Notes: generated from the sequence alone by a model not told the origin. A stretch of 64,000 bases of DNA from Candidatus Bathyarchaeota archaeon (GCA_963828195.1 CAWHDT010000007.1:192001-256000); one strand, 5' to 3'. Numbered from the stretch's first letter, positions 8,308 through 17,795 are shown. A program made the numbers and translations.

Positions 8308-10491
8308 TTGACAAGAACAGTTTTATCGGAAAATAAACCAACGTATGCGTATAGGGGATTTGGTATGAAAAGAGCTTTCGCAGCGGGATTTATTATTGCG
8401 ATTCTATGTTTTTCGATGATCGTTGTTTTCGCGAAAACGGGTTTGGCCAACGCCCAACAAAGTCCAGTCATTACTTCGGTTAGTCCGATTTCGTCGGCGC
8501 TTGTGCAGAATATAACTATTCAAGGTAGTGGCTTCGGAAATGTTCAGCCTCAACTTTTGAGTTTGGGTGACGGGTCTGTTGATACCGTTTGGGGTGGGTC
8601 TACACCGAGCATCGTTGTTTATGATGAACGCAATTTGCTCTCTGCTGGAGCCACAGGGAATTGGTCAGGTTTCACGAATGGACCTCCCGACCTTATCGGC
8701 GTCGTCCTTGTAAGTTGGACGGATACACAAATAGTCTTAGGAGGCTTTGGTTCTGGCCTCAACTCGCAGTTTTCATGGAGTCAAGTTTCTCAAGGAGATA
8801 CCTTACAAATACAAATTCAGACTGCCAGCGGAGTTGAAACGTACGACACTGTTGCCGGTTCAAGCCAACCCAATCAAAATCCCACTTCCAGCTCCACCAG
8901 TTCGCCAGTTTTAATTTCTTCAGTAAGTCCCATCTCTGCTACGCTATTGCAGACCATAACCATCAAAGGCAGTGGCTTCGGAAGTACCCAGCCTCAACTT
9001 CTTAATTTAGGCGACGGGTCAGTAGATACTGTTGGTGGAGGCGCCACTCCCGTGATAAGAATTTATGATGAAAGCGGTTCATCCAATTGGGAAGCAGGCG
9101 TCCAGGATTCTCCCAATTCGGGTGCGGATTCGATTGGCGTGATATTAACGAGTTGGTCAAACACTGAAATAGTCTTGGGAGGCTTCGGAACCGCACTTAA
9201 CACAAACGGTCAAGGTCAATGGAACCTTTCGCCGGGAGACCCCCTGCTGATTGCGGTGCTGACTGCCAACGGACAAGCAGCATACACAACTACTGTTGTC
9301 TCAAGTCAATCGAATCAAAATCCCGCTGGAGCGCCACCCGTTATCTCATCGGTAAGTCCGGTTTCGGCAGCTCGGTTGCAGACCATAACTATTCAAGGCA
9401 GCGGTTTTGGGAATACCCAGCCCCAACTCATGAATCTGACTGACGGATCCGTAGACACCATCGTCGGCGGCACCGCTCCTGTAATAAGAATATATGATGA
9501 GGCGGGCTTGGACAGTTGGGAGGCAGGCTGCACAGACTCGCAATTTGTGCCCAAAGATATGATTGGCATTTACCTGACAAGTTGGTCAGATAATGAAATA
9601 GTTTTAGGCGGCTTCGGAACAGAACTAAACGTCAACGGTCAAGAACCCTCGAACATTAACCCGGGCGATCCACTAATAATTGATGTAGTGACTTCTAACG
9701 GGCAGACCGCGTACACTACCACGGCTGTTTCAAGTCAATCTGGCCAAAATTCAACTTCAAGTCCAGTTTCTACCGCGAATCCGCCGACCCCAACTCTAAC
9801 TGTCTCATGCCAAAGCTCCGCAACGCTCTCAAACTTCATGGTGGAAATTAGCGGCAACTTAACATCTGATGGGGCAGGGTTGCAGGGTTTGCCGATTTTG
9901 CTCTCCTATAGCGTTGACGGAGGAACCACTTGGAACGAACTTACCACGGTGAACACAGACAATAACGGAAACTTTTTGGCAGTTTGGATGCCCTCGGTCA
10001 CGGGAAATTACCTGTTGACGGCTGAATGGGCAGGAGACACAAATTACATTGAAACCAGCACGACAATTAATTTTGCAGTCTTGCCATTTGGAGAGCAAAG
10101 CGTTTTCTCGGTGACGTCAAACTCGACAATATCCGCGCTTGCCTTCAACTCAACGAGCGGAGAACTGGATTTCACAGTCAACGGACCCGAAGGCACAACA
10201 GGATACTGCGATGTTTATATTCCCACATCGTTAATCAGCGACATCTCAGACCTAACCGCGTCTCTGAACGGAAACCCAATAACATACAATGTGGAGTCCA
10301 TTGGGAATGCTTGGCTGGTATCCTTCAGCTACCAAACAGGCACTAACAATGTTGCACTGGGAATGAATGCTGCGGATTCATTTGCGGTAAACGGTAACCA
10401 ACTTGCGCAATGGATTCCCTATGGAGTTATAATTGTATTGATAGCTGTAATCGCGGTTTTGTTGGTTGCCAGAAAAACAAAAAAATTATAA
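8308..10491 (+). CDS. Secreted, membrane-anchored cell-surface protein with three IPT/TIG-like repeats; likely start ATG at 8365
   Basis: Signal peptide; three repeats of PVISSVSP..ITIQGSGFG..SWSDxEIVLGGFG; Ser/Thr linkers; Ig-like region; C-terminal TM followed by RKTKK. Confidence 0.85.
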   Translation: MTRTVLSENKPTYAYRGFGMKRAFAAGFIIAILCFSMIVVFAKTGLANAQQSPVITSVSPISSALVQNITIQGSGFGNVQPQLLSLGDGSVDTVWGGSTPSIVVYDERNLLSAGATGNWSGFTNGPPDLIGVVLVSWTDTQIVLGGFGSGLNSQFSWSQVSQGDTLQIQIQTASGVETYDTVAGSSQPNQNPTSSSTSSPVLISSVSPISATLLQTITIKGSGFGSTQPQLLNLGDGSVDTVGGGATPVIRIYDESGSSNWEAGVQDSPNSGADSIGVILTSWSNTEIVLGGFGTALNTNGQGQWNLSPGDPLLIAVLTANGQAAYTTTVVSSQSNQNPAGAPPVISSVSPVSAARLQTITIQGSGFGNTQPQLMNLTDGSVDTIVGGTAPVIRIYDEAGLDSWEAGCTDSQFVPKDMIGIYLTSWSDNEIVLGGFGTELNVNGQEPSNINPGDPLIIDVVTSNGQTAYTTTAVSSQSGQNSTSSPVSTANPPTPTLTVSCQSSATLSNFMVEISGNLTSDGAGLQGLPILLSYSVDGGTTWNELTTVNTDNNGNFLAVWMPSVTGNYLLTAEWAGDTNYIETSTTINFAVLPFGEQSVFSVTSNSTISALAFNSTSGELDFTVNGPEGTTGYCDVYIPTSLISDISDLTASLNGNPITYNVESIGNAWLVSFSYQTGTNNVALGMNAADSFAVNGNQLAQWIPYGVIIVLIAVIAVLLVARKTKKL

Positions 10492-10743
10492 GTCCATAAC
10501 CAACATGATGGCTTGGACGATGCGAAGCGCAATGCTATATGGATGGGGCGTGAACCCGCTTGAGGTTCAAGTTCGACTCGACCCAGATTCATAGACCTAT
10601 CGTGACGACACGGTGAAGTTAGCTGAAGAAGGAGTAAAGAAACGCGCTTTTACTTCCATTGCAGGTGTGGCTGTTTACTCACAGTCACACATCTTAAAAT
10701 AAAGCCTCATACGCTCAAAATAAACTAGCGAAAGTGAGAAACA

Positions 10744-11523
10744 ATGACAGGAAAGACCTTGATAGTTTTTTCAACAATAAGGGGATTAAACGATGAGGCA
10801 GCACATGTCATAGCTGATGTGCTCAAAGCAACCTACAGCATGGATGTAACTGTCGAAGACCTTGGAAAGGGTCCACTAGACATCACACCATTCCAAAACA
10901 TTATCGTTGGTGGCGGTGGGGGTGGAAAAAACGTTTACGATGAAGCTGTGGATTTTTTGGCGAAGGACTTTGGAGGCAAAAATGTTGCGCTCTACTTCCT
11001 CTGCGAGGGTGGAGAAACCCCGAAAGCGGAGAGTACTGAAGCCAACCAAAAAAAACTATTGTCCAAAAACAAGACTCTCAAGCCTATCGACGTTGCTGCC
11101 TTTGGAGGCTGCCAGATTAGCCAAAATAGAATGGTTATGGATGATCAAAACACGAGTAAGGTGAAGGAGTGGGCGATAGAGCTGGGAAAGAAGCTTAATG
11201 CGGAATCCCAACCGCCAAACCTGCTCAAGACCGTTCCCTCCGAATACAGCTTTCAATTTTTCACAGAACTCGAAAAAAACACTGGAATAACTTCAAGAAG
11301 CACTGTTGAGTTCGCCGAAAAACTCCAAACTATACCCAGTAAGTCCGTTAACTTTCATTTTCAGCGTCAAGATTTTCAAAGATGGTTCATAACCAGTATT
11401 GGGGATGAAGAACTAGCCAAGAGAATTGACCAGATTAACATATGGGTCAACGACGAAGAAAACTTGAGGAAAGAGATAGCCGAAAAAGTTCAAACCCGCA
11501 TCACTGAATTAACGAAATCTTAA
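10744..11523 (+). CDS. Flavodoxin-like domain fused to a DUF5752-like domain
   Basis: N-terminal flavodoxin pattern (LIVFS..G...A..IAD, AAFGG, VKEWA); C-terminal FxFFT..TG..S..EF...SVNFH..RxDFxxW...IGDxELA. Confidence 0.75.
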   Translation: MTGKTLIVFSTIRGLNDEAAHVIADVLKATYSMDVTVEDLGKGPLDITPFQNIIVGGGGGGKNVYDEAVDFLAKDFGGKNVALYFLCEGGETPKAESTEANQKKLLSKNKTLKPIDVAAFGGCQISQNRMVMDDQNTSKVKEWAIELGKKLNAESQPPNLLKTVPSEYSFQFFTELEKNTGITSRSTVEFAEKLQTIPSKSVNFHFQRQDFQRWFITSIGDEELAKRIDQINIWVNDEENLRKEIAEKVQTRITELTKS

Positions 11524-11619
11524 CCCCAGATTTCGTTCCTGCGAATTGAAAATGCGTTGCACATAAAACAAATCGCGCGCGCTTTGGGCAAGCATGGCTC
11601 GGCCCACTTTTACTCAAAT

Positions 11620-12906
11620 TTAAAAAATAATATTTTTTTCAAATAATTTTGCGGCAGTTTCGATGAGTTCTGTTTCGTTGTTCACGGCGGCTTGGCGAAA
11701 GTTCTCCACAACAGGCAAAAACATCTTTTTCAGCATGATACTGGTTAAGTCGCTGACGATCTTTCTTTGGCGCTCATCCAACCCATCTAGCATGCTTAGG
11801 GCTTTGGCAAGTTCTCTTTGGCGGCTTTCCTCAACCTGCGACAACAAAACAGAAATAATTTCCTGCACCGAATATTCTTTTGCAGCTCCCTCAAGCATTG
11901 CAAGTTCATTGTCAACGATTTTAAGGGCATCCTGCGTGCTTTTCTGACGCTCCAGCTTGTTGCGCTCAGTAATTGACGTTAAGTCATCGAGGTTGTAGAG
12001 CTTCACATTAGGCAACTCCTTGAGGGATTCTTCGACGTTTCTGGGGTTAGAAATATCAATTACCAAAAGACCATTTTTGTTTTTTCTCGCCACGGTAAGC
12101 CTAGAAACCAGGTCCTTTGTTAACAGATAATGAGGTGCAGAAGTTGAACAGAAAACCACATCGGCGTCCACAAGCACCTCTCCTAACTTGTCAAACGTGA
12201 CGGCTTTGCCGCCCAGCTCCTCAGCCAAACGCAACGCCCGCTCGTAGGTTCTGTTCGCGATAAACACCGGGTTAAGGCAGCGTCGAGCCATGGCTTTAGC
12301 GACAAGAGTGCCAGTTTCGCCAGCCCCCATGATGAGGATTTTCTTTTCGTTGAGGCTTCCCAGCAGTTTTTCGGCGAGCTCCACCGCCGCCGAGCCCGCG
12401 GAAACAGCGCCTTTGCTAATTCCTGTTTCACGCCTCACACGTCTTCCAACATTTACCGCCCGATTAAACACGAGATTAAGAACTGGACCCGCCGCCTTTG
12501 CGTTTTCGGCTTCAAGGTAAGCCTTCCAAACCTGGTTTATAACCTGGTCTTCGCCGACAACCATCGATTCCAGACCGGAAGTTACCCGCAAAAGATGGCG
12601 AAGTGCATCGTGATTAACTGCGTACTCGATTGCTTTGTCTGCCTCCGCAGAGTGCGCTGACGCGCGGTTCGCCAAATATTCCACCGCGGATTTGACGGTC
12701 TTATCCCCATGTTCACTTACGAGATAAAGTTCGACACGATTGCACGTTTGGATAAGCACCGATTCCTGGGCGCCATCAAGTAGGCGTATGTCTTCGTATG
12801 CATTCGCCTTATCCTTAAACGAGACAGCTTCCAAAAGCGGCACACGCGCCGTCTTGTGAGTGACCCTAACGTTTACTATGTCAAAAGGTTTAGCGGAGGA
12901 TTGCAT
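11620..12906 (-). CDS. hemA: Glutamyl-tRNA reductase
   Basis: TCNRVE, SGLESMVVGEDQV, GAGETG, NRT, DISNPRNV. Confidence 0.96.
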   Translation of the reverse strand: MQSSAKPFDIVNVRVTHKTARVPLLEAVSFKDKANAYEDIRLLDGAQESVLIQTCNRVELYLVSEHGDKTVKSAVEYLANRASAHSAEADKAIEYAVNHDALRHLLRVTSGLESMVVGEDQVINQVWKAYLEAENAKAAGPVLNLVFNRAVNVGRRVRRETGISKGAVSAGSAAVELAEKLLGSLNEKKILIMGAGETGTLVAKAMARRCLNPVFIANRTYERALRLAEELGGKAVTFDKLGEVLVDADVVFCSTSAPHYLLTKDLVSRLTVARKNKNGLLVIDISNPRNVEESLKELPNVKLYNLDDLTSITERNKLERQKSTQDALKIVDNELAMLEGAAKEYSVQEIISVLLSQVEESRQRELAKALSMLDGLDERQRKIVSDLTSIMLKKMFLPVVENFRQAAVNNETELIETAAKLFEKNIIF

Positions 12907-12908
12907 TG

Positions 12909-13880
12909 TTAGATGAAACCCCCTGCTTCAGCCTTGATCGCGGACTCCCCCATGACTAGCTGCGAAGAACTCCAAGTGTCTTCCACTATTTGCTCTATAC
13001 CCTGCAGCACCAAAGCCAACTTTTGCCCTTTAAAGGTGAAACCATAAACTTTCGGCGTTCTCCTTGCAAACACCAGTTTTTTGCCCTTCAAGCATCTAAG
13101 ATAAATGTAGATTCTTCTCATGCACAAGCCAGTTTCTTTTACAAGCTTCCCCGCGGAAATTCCTTCGTCCGCAATCGCACCATAGATTCTTTGTTCTGCA
13201 CTCGTTAAGGTCTCTTTTGTTGAGTCTCTTTTGGTCCTGAAGAAAAATATGTAATCGTTTGCCTTGGGGGTTTCTATCAGACCTACTGAACGCAGGCGTT
13301 TGAGGGTTCGGGAAACAGCTTTTGTGGGGATCAACTCATTTATTTCTGCGAACGTTTTAGGTCCCGAGAGAAAGGATTCTAAAAGAGACTCTTCGTAGCA
13401 TTCTGAGTCTGTCGGCAGCTTAACGGCGAATTCGGGGAAGCACCCGAGCAACTCCATCAATCTTCCGCCGAAGCCAGTTGCGCAGTATTCGTCTCTTGCA
13501 GAGTTGGCAGCTAAGCCCACCCCGATTAAAGGGCGCAGGTATTCTTTGACGAGGTTGCTTTGGCTATAGCTGTACCCGCCTTGTTTTAGTTCCCGTTGAA
13601 GTTGGCTTACGGAGTATCTGCCGTTTACAATTGCCTGCAGGATGAGAAGTCTTGTTTGGTTTTTTAGCACGTTGAAGAGTTCTTTCATGTAGTTGGGGTT
13701 ATTCATTGTTTCTCTGATGCGTCGAAGCTCGTTTTTCAGCTTGTATACTCGGCATCTGTTTATGCATTCTAAGGGAGTTATTGGGGAGCATTTTCTGCAT
13801 TGGGCTTCAAGCGACTTCAGCATTCCTGACAAGTCATGGTTGCTTTCGGTTTTCTGCGTCGGCGACAGGACAGTTATCAT
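12909..13880 (-). CDS. Multi-winged-helix putative transcription regulator with an N-terminal Cys4 motif
   Basis: CRKC-x7-CINRC followed by several HTH-like segments; 2 nt upstream of hemA. Confidence 0.7.
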   Translation of the reverse strand: MITVLSPTQKTESNHDLSGMLKSLEAQCRKCSPITPLECINRCRVYKLKNELRRIRETMNNPNYMKELFNVLKNQTRLLILQAIVNGRYSVSQLQRELKQGGYSYSQSNLVKEYLRPLIGVGLAANSARDEYCATGFGGRLMELLGCFPEFAVKLPTDSECYEESLLESFLSGPKTFAEINELIPTKAVSRTLKRLRSVGLIETPKANDYIFFFRTKRDSTKETLTSAEQRIYGAIADEGISAGKLVKETGLCMRRIYIYLRCLKGKKLVFARRTPKVYGFTFKGQKLALVLQGIEQIVEDTWSSSQLVMGESAIKAEAGGFI

Positions 13881-13989
13881 TGGTATTTCTCCTGTTCGGC
13901 ATTTGCGTTTGGTGGGGAGTCCGTGGTCATCGAGTTTCCTCCTGTGAAGATTAATTGTGTTGATGTAAAAGCGTTCTCGTAAGTAATTG

Positions 13990-14023
13990 TTGACTAAAAC
14001 TTAGTCAAACTTTCTTGACTAAG
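13990..14023. promoter_or_regulatory. Operator-like triple half-site (TTGACTAA) upstream of the wHTH-hemA operon
   Basis: TTGACTAA-AAC-TTAGTCAA overlapping CTTAGTCAA-N6-TTGACTAAG, both perfect inverted repeats. Confidence 0.6.
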
Positions 14024-14070
14024 ATTCTACGCATATTTATGCCAAAAAACAATCACAAAAAGAAAAAACC

Positions 14071-14208
14071 AAAGAAGAAGAAGAAAAACGCTTTTTCTAG
14101 GCTTCTTCTTCTTTTGAATAATTTTGCCAAGAAGAAGAACAACAGTTGTTTTCTGGGTGTTGTTGTTCTTTTAAAATTAAAAATTGGTAACAAAACGAGC
14201 TACAAAAA
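14071..14208 (+). repeat. Full copy of dispersed multi-hairpin intergenic repeat
   Basis: 13-bp IR 14071-83/14102-14 and 10-bp IR 14135-44/14161-70; matches 7631-7764 and 1538-1582. Confidence 0.9.
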
Positions 14209-14245
14209 TGGCGTTGAAAAAGTGAGCCGGCTTGATAAGAAACTT

Positions 14246-14656
14246 TTATTCATTGTTACTTATAGCTGTCGGATTATTGTTTTGTTGTGGCTTCTGTTTT
14301 CTTAGGTCTGTTGCGCAGTAGGGGCAGAAGTTGTTTTCTGAGGAGATTGTTTTGTTGCAGACGGGACAGTTTTTCGCTGTGGCTGACAGGGCTTTTGTTG
14401 AACTTGTTAGTAGCCTGTAGCCTTTGCCGTCCATGTATAGCTTCTTGTAGAATCCTACTTCTCGCTCACATTGAAGCCGGCAAAACCAAGAAACTGGAAA
14501 GGCACACAGCAACGTTGCCGTTAGTATTAAATCGGAAGGTTGCTTAAGCCAAGTTAAAACTAACAACAGCAGTATCCCCATTGACACGTAGGGTAAACCT
14601 AGAAAGGCTTTGACTAAACGATAAATTGATTTTAAACCTCTATTTACCGGATTCAC
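14246..14656 (-). CDS. Membrane protein with C-terminal zinc ribbon
   Basis: Two hydrophobic segments; CPVC-x9-CPYC. Confidence 0.7.
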   Translation of the reverse strand: MNPVNRGLKSIYRLVKAFLGLPYVSMGILLLLVLTWLKQPSDLILTATLLCAFPVSWFCRLQCEREVGFYKKLYMDGKGYRLLTSSTKALSATAKNCPVCNKTISSENNFCPYCATDLRKQKPQQNNNPTAISNNE

Positions 14657-14659
14657 CGT

Positions 14660-14929
14660 TCAGCTCTCCCGTAGAGGAAGCTCTTGTTTTTCCGTTGCCA
14701 AACCCGCATCCGCCTGCACCTCAGGTTTATGCGTCAATATTAGTGCACCTAAAATGATTGTTCCGACTCCCAAAATAATAAACACTGCTGGAGCAAGTCC
14801 ACCGTTCATGGAATAGATGTTATCGACCAAACCCCATATGACTGAACCGCTGATAACTACTCCAATCAGAATAATAACAAACCCGCCAAGCAAATTATCC
14901 CTATGCTCTTCTTCTTTTTCATTTGACAT
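14660..14929 (-). CDS. Small two-TM membrane protein
   Basis: Two hydrophobic helices; 3 nt from the next gene. Confidence 0.65.
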   Translation of the reverse strand: MSNEKEEEHRDNLLGGFVIILIGVVISGSVIWGLVDNIYSMNGGLAPAVFIILGVGTIILGALILTHKPEVQADAGLATEKQELPLRES

Positions 14930-14980
14930 TTAGCCGAAACTTCTTCCCAACGCATTATGGTAAACTAAATCCCTTAAGGA

Positions 14981-15613
14981 CTATAAATCACTTTTTTGGC
15001 AAAAACGCTGTTCGTACCATTCCGCAAACTTCCGTAAAGCAATTGCCCTGTGCGAAAACCCATTTTTTTCTTCAATAGTCATCTCCGCGAAAGTTTTGCC
15101 GCTTGAATCTGGCTGGAAAATGGGGTCAAAGCCGAAGGCTGATTTGCCATATTGTTTGCGTTCAGTTAAAGTTATTTCGCCGCAGGCTTCGCCTCTGAAA
15201 CATTCGGGCACACAGCTGTTTTCGTCACAGTACGCTATGACGGACTCGAACTTTGCTCCTCTATCATGCACATTCTCCATTAACCGCAGTATACCTTCGT
15301 TGTGAATTGTTTTGTACACGTAAGCCGCGTAAGGACCGGGAAAACCGCTTAAAGCATCAATGAATAAGCCTGCGTCCTCAACAAAAATTGGCAAGCGGAT
15401 TCGTTTAAACGCGTTTGCTGCGCTTGTTTGGGCGATTTCTTTTAGGCTGTCGCTCTGTATCTCGTCTCCTTTCACGCGGAGCATTGCAACTGCAAAGCCG
15501 TAGCTGCTAAGGATGCTTCGGGCTTCGTTGAATTTGTTGATGTTGCCTGTGGCAAAAAACACAACTTTGCCATTTGGGTTGCAGGTTTGGTTACTGTTTT
15601 CTTTCTTCGACAT
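14981..15613 (-). CDS. rdgB: XTP/dITP diphosphatase (Ham1/RdgB)
   Basis: FATGNINK, EDAGLFIDAL.GFPGPY, FGFDPIF, SHR. Confidence 0.95.
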   Translation of the reverse strand: MSKKENSNQTCNPNGKVVFFATGNINKFNEARSILSSYGFAVAMLRVKGDEIQSDSLKEIAQTSAANAFKRIRLPIFVEDAGLFIDALSGFPGPYAAYVYKTIHNEGILRLMENVHDRGAKFESVIAYCDENSCVPECFRGEACGEITLTERKQYGKSAFGFDPIFQPDSSGKTFAEMTIEEKNGFSHRAIALRKFAEWYEQRFCQKSDL

Positions 15614-16250
15614 AGCGGCCACGCCTCTCTATCTCCTTTATCTTCTCATAAACCTTTTCCGCTGTTTCCAAGCCCAGAACCGAAGAGTAACCGCAAAGTA
15701 CAGCTTTGAAGCATTCTTCCCAGAACTGGAAATGCGTACTCTGCAGCGCCCGCTTCATTAAATGCAAATCCACCCCCTGCGCTTCCAGTTCATTGTTTTT
15801 TTCGCCCAAACCGAAGTCAACAAAAAAGATTTTTCCTTCAGGGTTCAGAATCATATTTGATGTTGTTAGGTCGCCGTGGATTAAGCCTTGCCTGTGAAGT
15901 TGACCGATTAATTCGCCGATTGAAACGCATAATTTCTGCTTTTTCTCTGAGGGCATCTTGTTTAGCAACTGTTTAATCTGTTGCCCTTCCACAAACTCCA
16001 TCGTGATTGATGCTTCAGCCACGTTAACCATGTATATCAGCGGAGTCGGGACACCAGCCGCTTTGGCTTCATGCATCAGCTGAGGCTCATGTACTGTCCT
16101 GTAACTTCGAATTTGCTTATCTAAAGCTTCGGGACGGTACCTTTTTGGGATCCGAACCTTAGTCACTACTTTTCTTCCGTGCCAATCAGAAACGTAGAGG
16201 CTGGCTTCAGCCCCCTTCCTAAACAGCGTTTGCTCAGCTACTGTATCCAT
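15591..16250 (-). CDS. bud32: KEOPS kinase Bud32
   Basis: GAEA, KVRIPKRYR, HGDLTTSN, DFGL; overlaps kae1. Confidence 0.94.
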   Translation of the reverse strand: MDTVAEQTLFRKGAEASLYVSDWHGRKVVTKVRIPKRYRPEALDKQIRSYRTVHEPQLMHEAKAAGVPTPLIYMVNVAEASITMEFVEGQQIKQLLNKMPSEKKQKLCVSIGELIGQLHRQGLIHGDLTTSNMILNPEGKIFFVDFGLGEKNNELEAQGVDLHLMKRALQSTHFQFWEECFKAVLCGYSSVLGLETAEKVYEKIKEIERRGRYVEERKQ

Positions 16251-17317
16251 GGCACATCCACCTTGTCCACCCGCCAACGAAGCTTCACAAAGCTTTCATC
16301 CAAAGGCGTAACCAACCCATGCCCATAAGCTAAAACACCAGTCCAAGCAATCATGGCGCCGTTGTCAGTCGCAAATTCAAGCGGAACCACGCTGAAGCGT
16401 GCATCATGCTCCTCCGCGACGATATTTAGCATGGTTTGTAACCTTTTATTGGCTGCCACGCCGCCCGTTAAAAGAACCTCCTTCTTCTCGGTATGAGCCA
16501 ACGCGCGTTCAGTAACTTCTGTAACCATCGAAAAAGCGTTCTCCTGAAGACTATAACACAAATCTTCCAAACTGCATTCGCCCTTGTGCAGAAGAGCTGT
16601 CGCTGCGGTTAACAAGCCGCTGAGAGATAGATCCATGCCCTTCACAACATAAGGCAAAGAGACAAAATTTTTACCGTTAGCTGCCAGGTGCTCCACGGCA
16701 GCCCCAAGAGGCAAACCCTTCTGATTTCTAAGACCCGCTTCTCGGGCAAAAACGTCTAAACAGTTCCCAAGCGCAATATCTAAGGTTTCGCCGAAAACCC
16801 TGTAGCGGCCAGCCTCAAAAGCCGTGACCATGGTGTTTCCGCCTGAAGCGTAGAGAGTGACGGGGTCAACAACCCCAGTTTTTAGTTTTCCAACCTCAAT
16901 GTGTGCCACAGAATGGTTTACGCCGACGAGCGGAAGCATCAGGTAGGACGCCAAAGCTCTGGCGACAGTAGCGCCTGTTCGCAAAGACGGTCCTAAGCCG
17001 GGACCTTGAGAAAACGCGATAACAGACAAATCACTTGGTTTAACGTTCGCCGCCTTTAAAGCGTCGCTTAAGACTTTATCAGCTACTTCAGAGTGGTGCC
17101 TTGCTGCTTCTCTGGGGTGGATTCCGCCTTCCGCTGGTATGTAGCTGTCCGATTGGTTGGCAAGTATTTCTCCCTCGAACGTTGCTATCCCGACGCCGAA
17201 ATCGTCTGCTGAGGATTCTATGCCTAAACAGTACTTTTCGCCTTTTTGCTGTTTGCTCTGCATGTTTTTCATGGATTCCACATTTTTTGGGGGATACATA
17301 TTTTTATCTGGATTCAA
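16238..17317 (-). CDS. kae1: KEOPS t6A synthase Kae1; start may be further downstream
   Basis: LGIES, GGIHPREAARHH, GPGLG, HSVAH, SGGNT, GGVAAN, DNGAMIA. Confidence 0.95.
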   Translation of the reverse strand: MNPDKNMYPPKNVESMKNMQSKQQKGEKYCLGIESSADDFGVGIATFEGEILANQSDSYIPAEGGIHPREAARHHSEVADKVLSDALKAANVKPSDLSVIAFSQGPGLGPSLRTGATVARALASYLMLPLVGVNHSVAHIEVGKLKTGVVDPVTLYASGGNTMVTAFEAGRYRVFGETLDIALGNCLDVFAREAGLRNQKGLPLGAAVEHLAANGKNFVSLPYVVKGMDLSLSGLLTAATALLHKGECSLEDLCYSLQENAFSMVTEVTERALAHTEKKEVLLTGGVAANKRLQTMLNIVAEEHDARFSVVPLEFATDNGAMIAWTGVLAYGHGLVTPLDESFVKLRWRVDKVDVPWIQ

Positions 17318-17354
17318 CGCTTATATTCTAATTGCATTATTTGGATTTGATCAG

Positions 17355-17795
17355 ATGCCTAAACGTAATGACCTTGAACAGAAAGCACTCCATTATGTAG
17401 TCAACACGGGTTATCAAGGTGTGCTTCAATCAGATTTATGGCGTGAACTGGGCGCGAGCAGCCGGGAGGGTTCACGTGTCTCCATTAAACTGGAGGAAAA
17501 AGGGTTAATTCGCAGAGAAAAAGAACTGCAGGAAGGAAGATGGACATATCGTCTTTACCCCAAAAGGCTTCCCGCATCAATAGAAACCATCAATGACTGC
17601 CCATGCCTGCTCTGCCCAGACAATGAACGATGTGACCCAACAACTGCGCTTTCGCCTAAAAGCTGCCCTAAACTTACCGATTGGATACTTGGCTTAGGGA
17701 AAGAAGCCACTGCATCTCCCGCCGTTCCAAGCGCGCCAAGCGAACCGAGCACACCAGAGGATGATTCACTTGCCGAAAGCCTGGATTCAAGATAG
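17355..17795 (+). CDS. RPC34-like winged helix plus Fe-S domain protein (TFE-beta)
   Basis: GVLQSDLWRELG.SSREGSR...GRWTY wH; PCLLCP-x4-C...SPKSCPKL..W Cys4 motif. Confidence 0.8.
   Translation: MPKRNDLEQKALHYVVNTGYQGVLQSDLWRELGASSREGSRVSIKLEEKGLIRREKELQEGRWTYRLYPKRLPASIETINDCPCLLCPDNERCDPTTALSPKSCPKLTDWILGLGKEATASPAVPSAPSEPSTPEDDSLAESLDSR

Larger units (their letters stand above)
8081..11610. mobile_element. Integrase-less islet at the tRNA-Val 3' end
   Basis: 15-bp GGCTCGGCCCACTTT at 8066-8080 is repeated exactly at 11596-11610; a 19/22 copy of the tRNA 3' end lies at 10564-10585. Confidence 0.6.
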
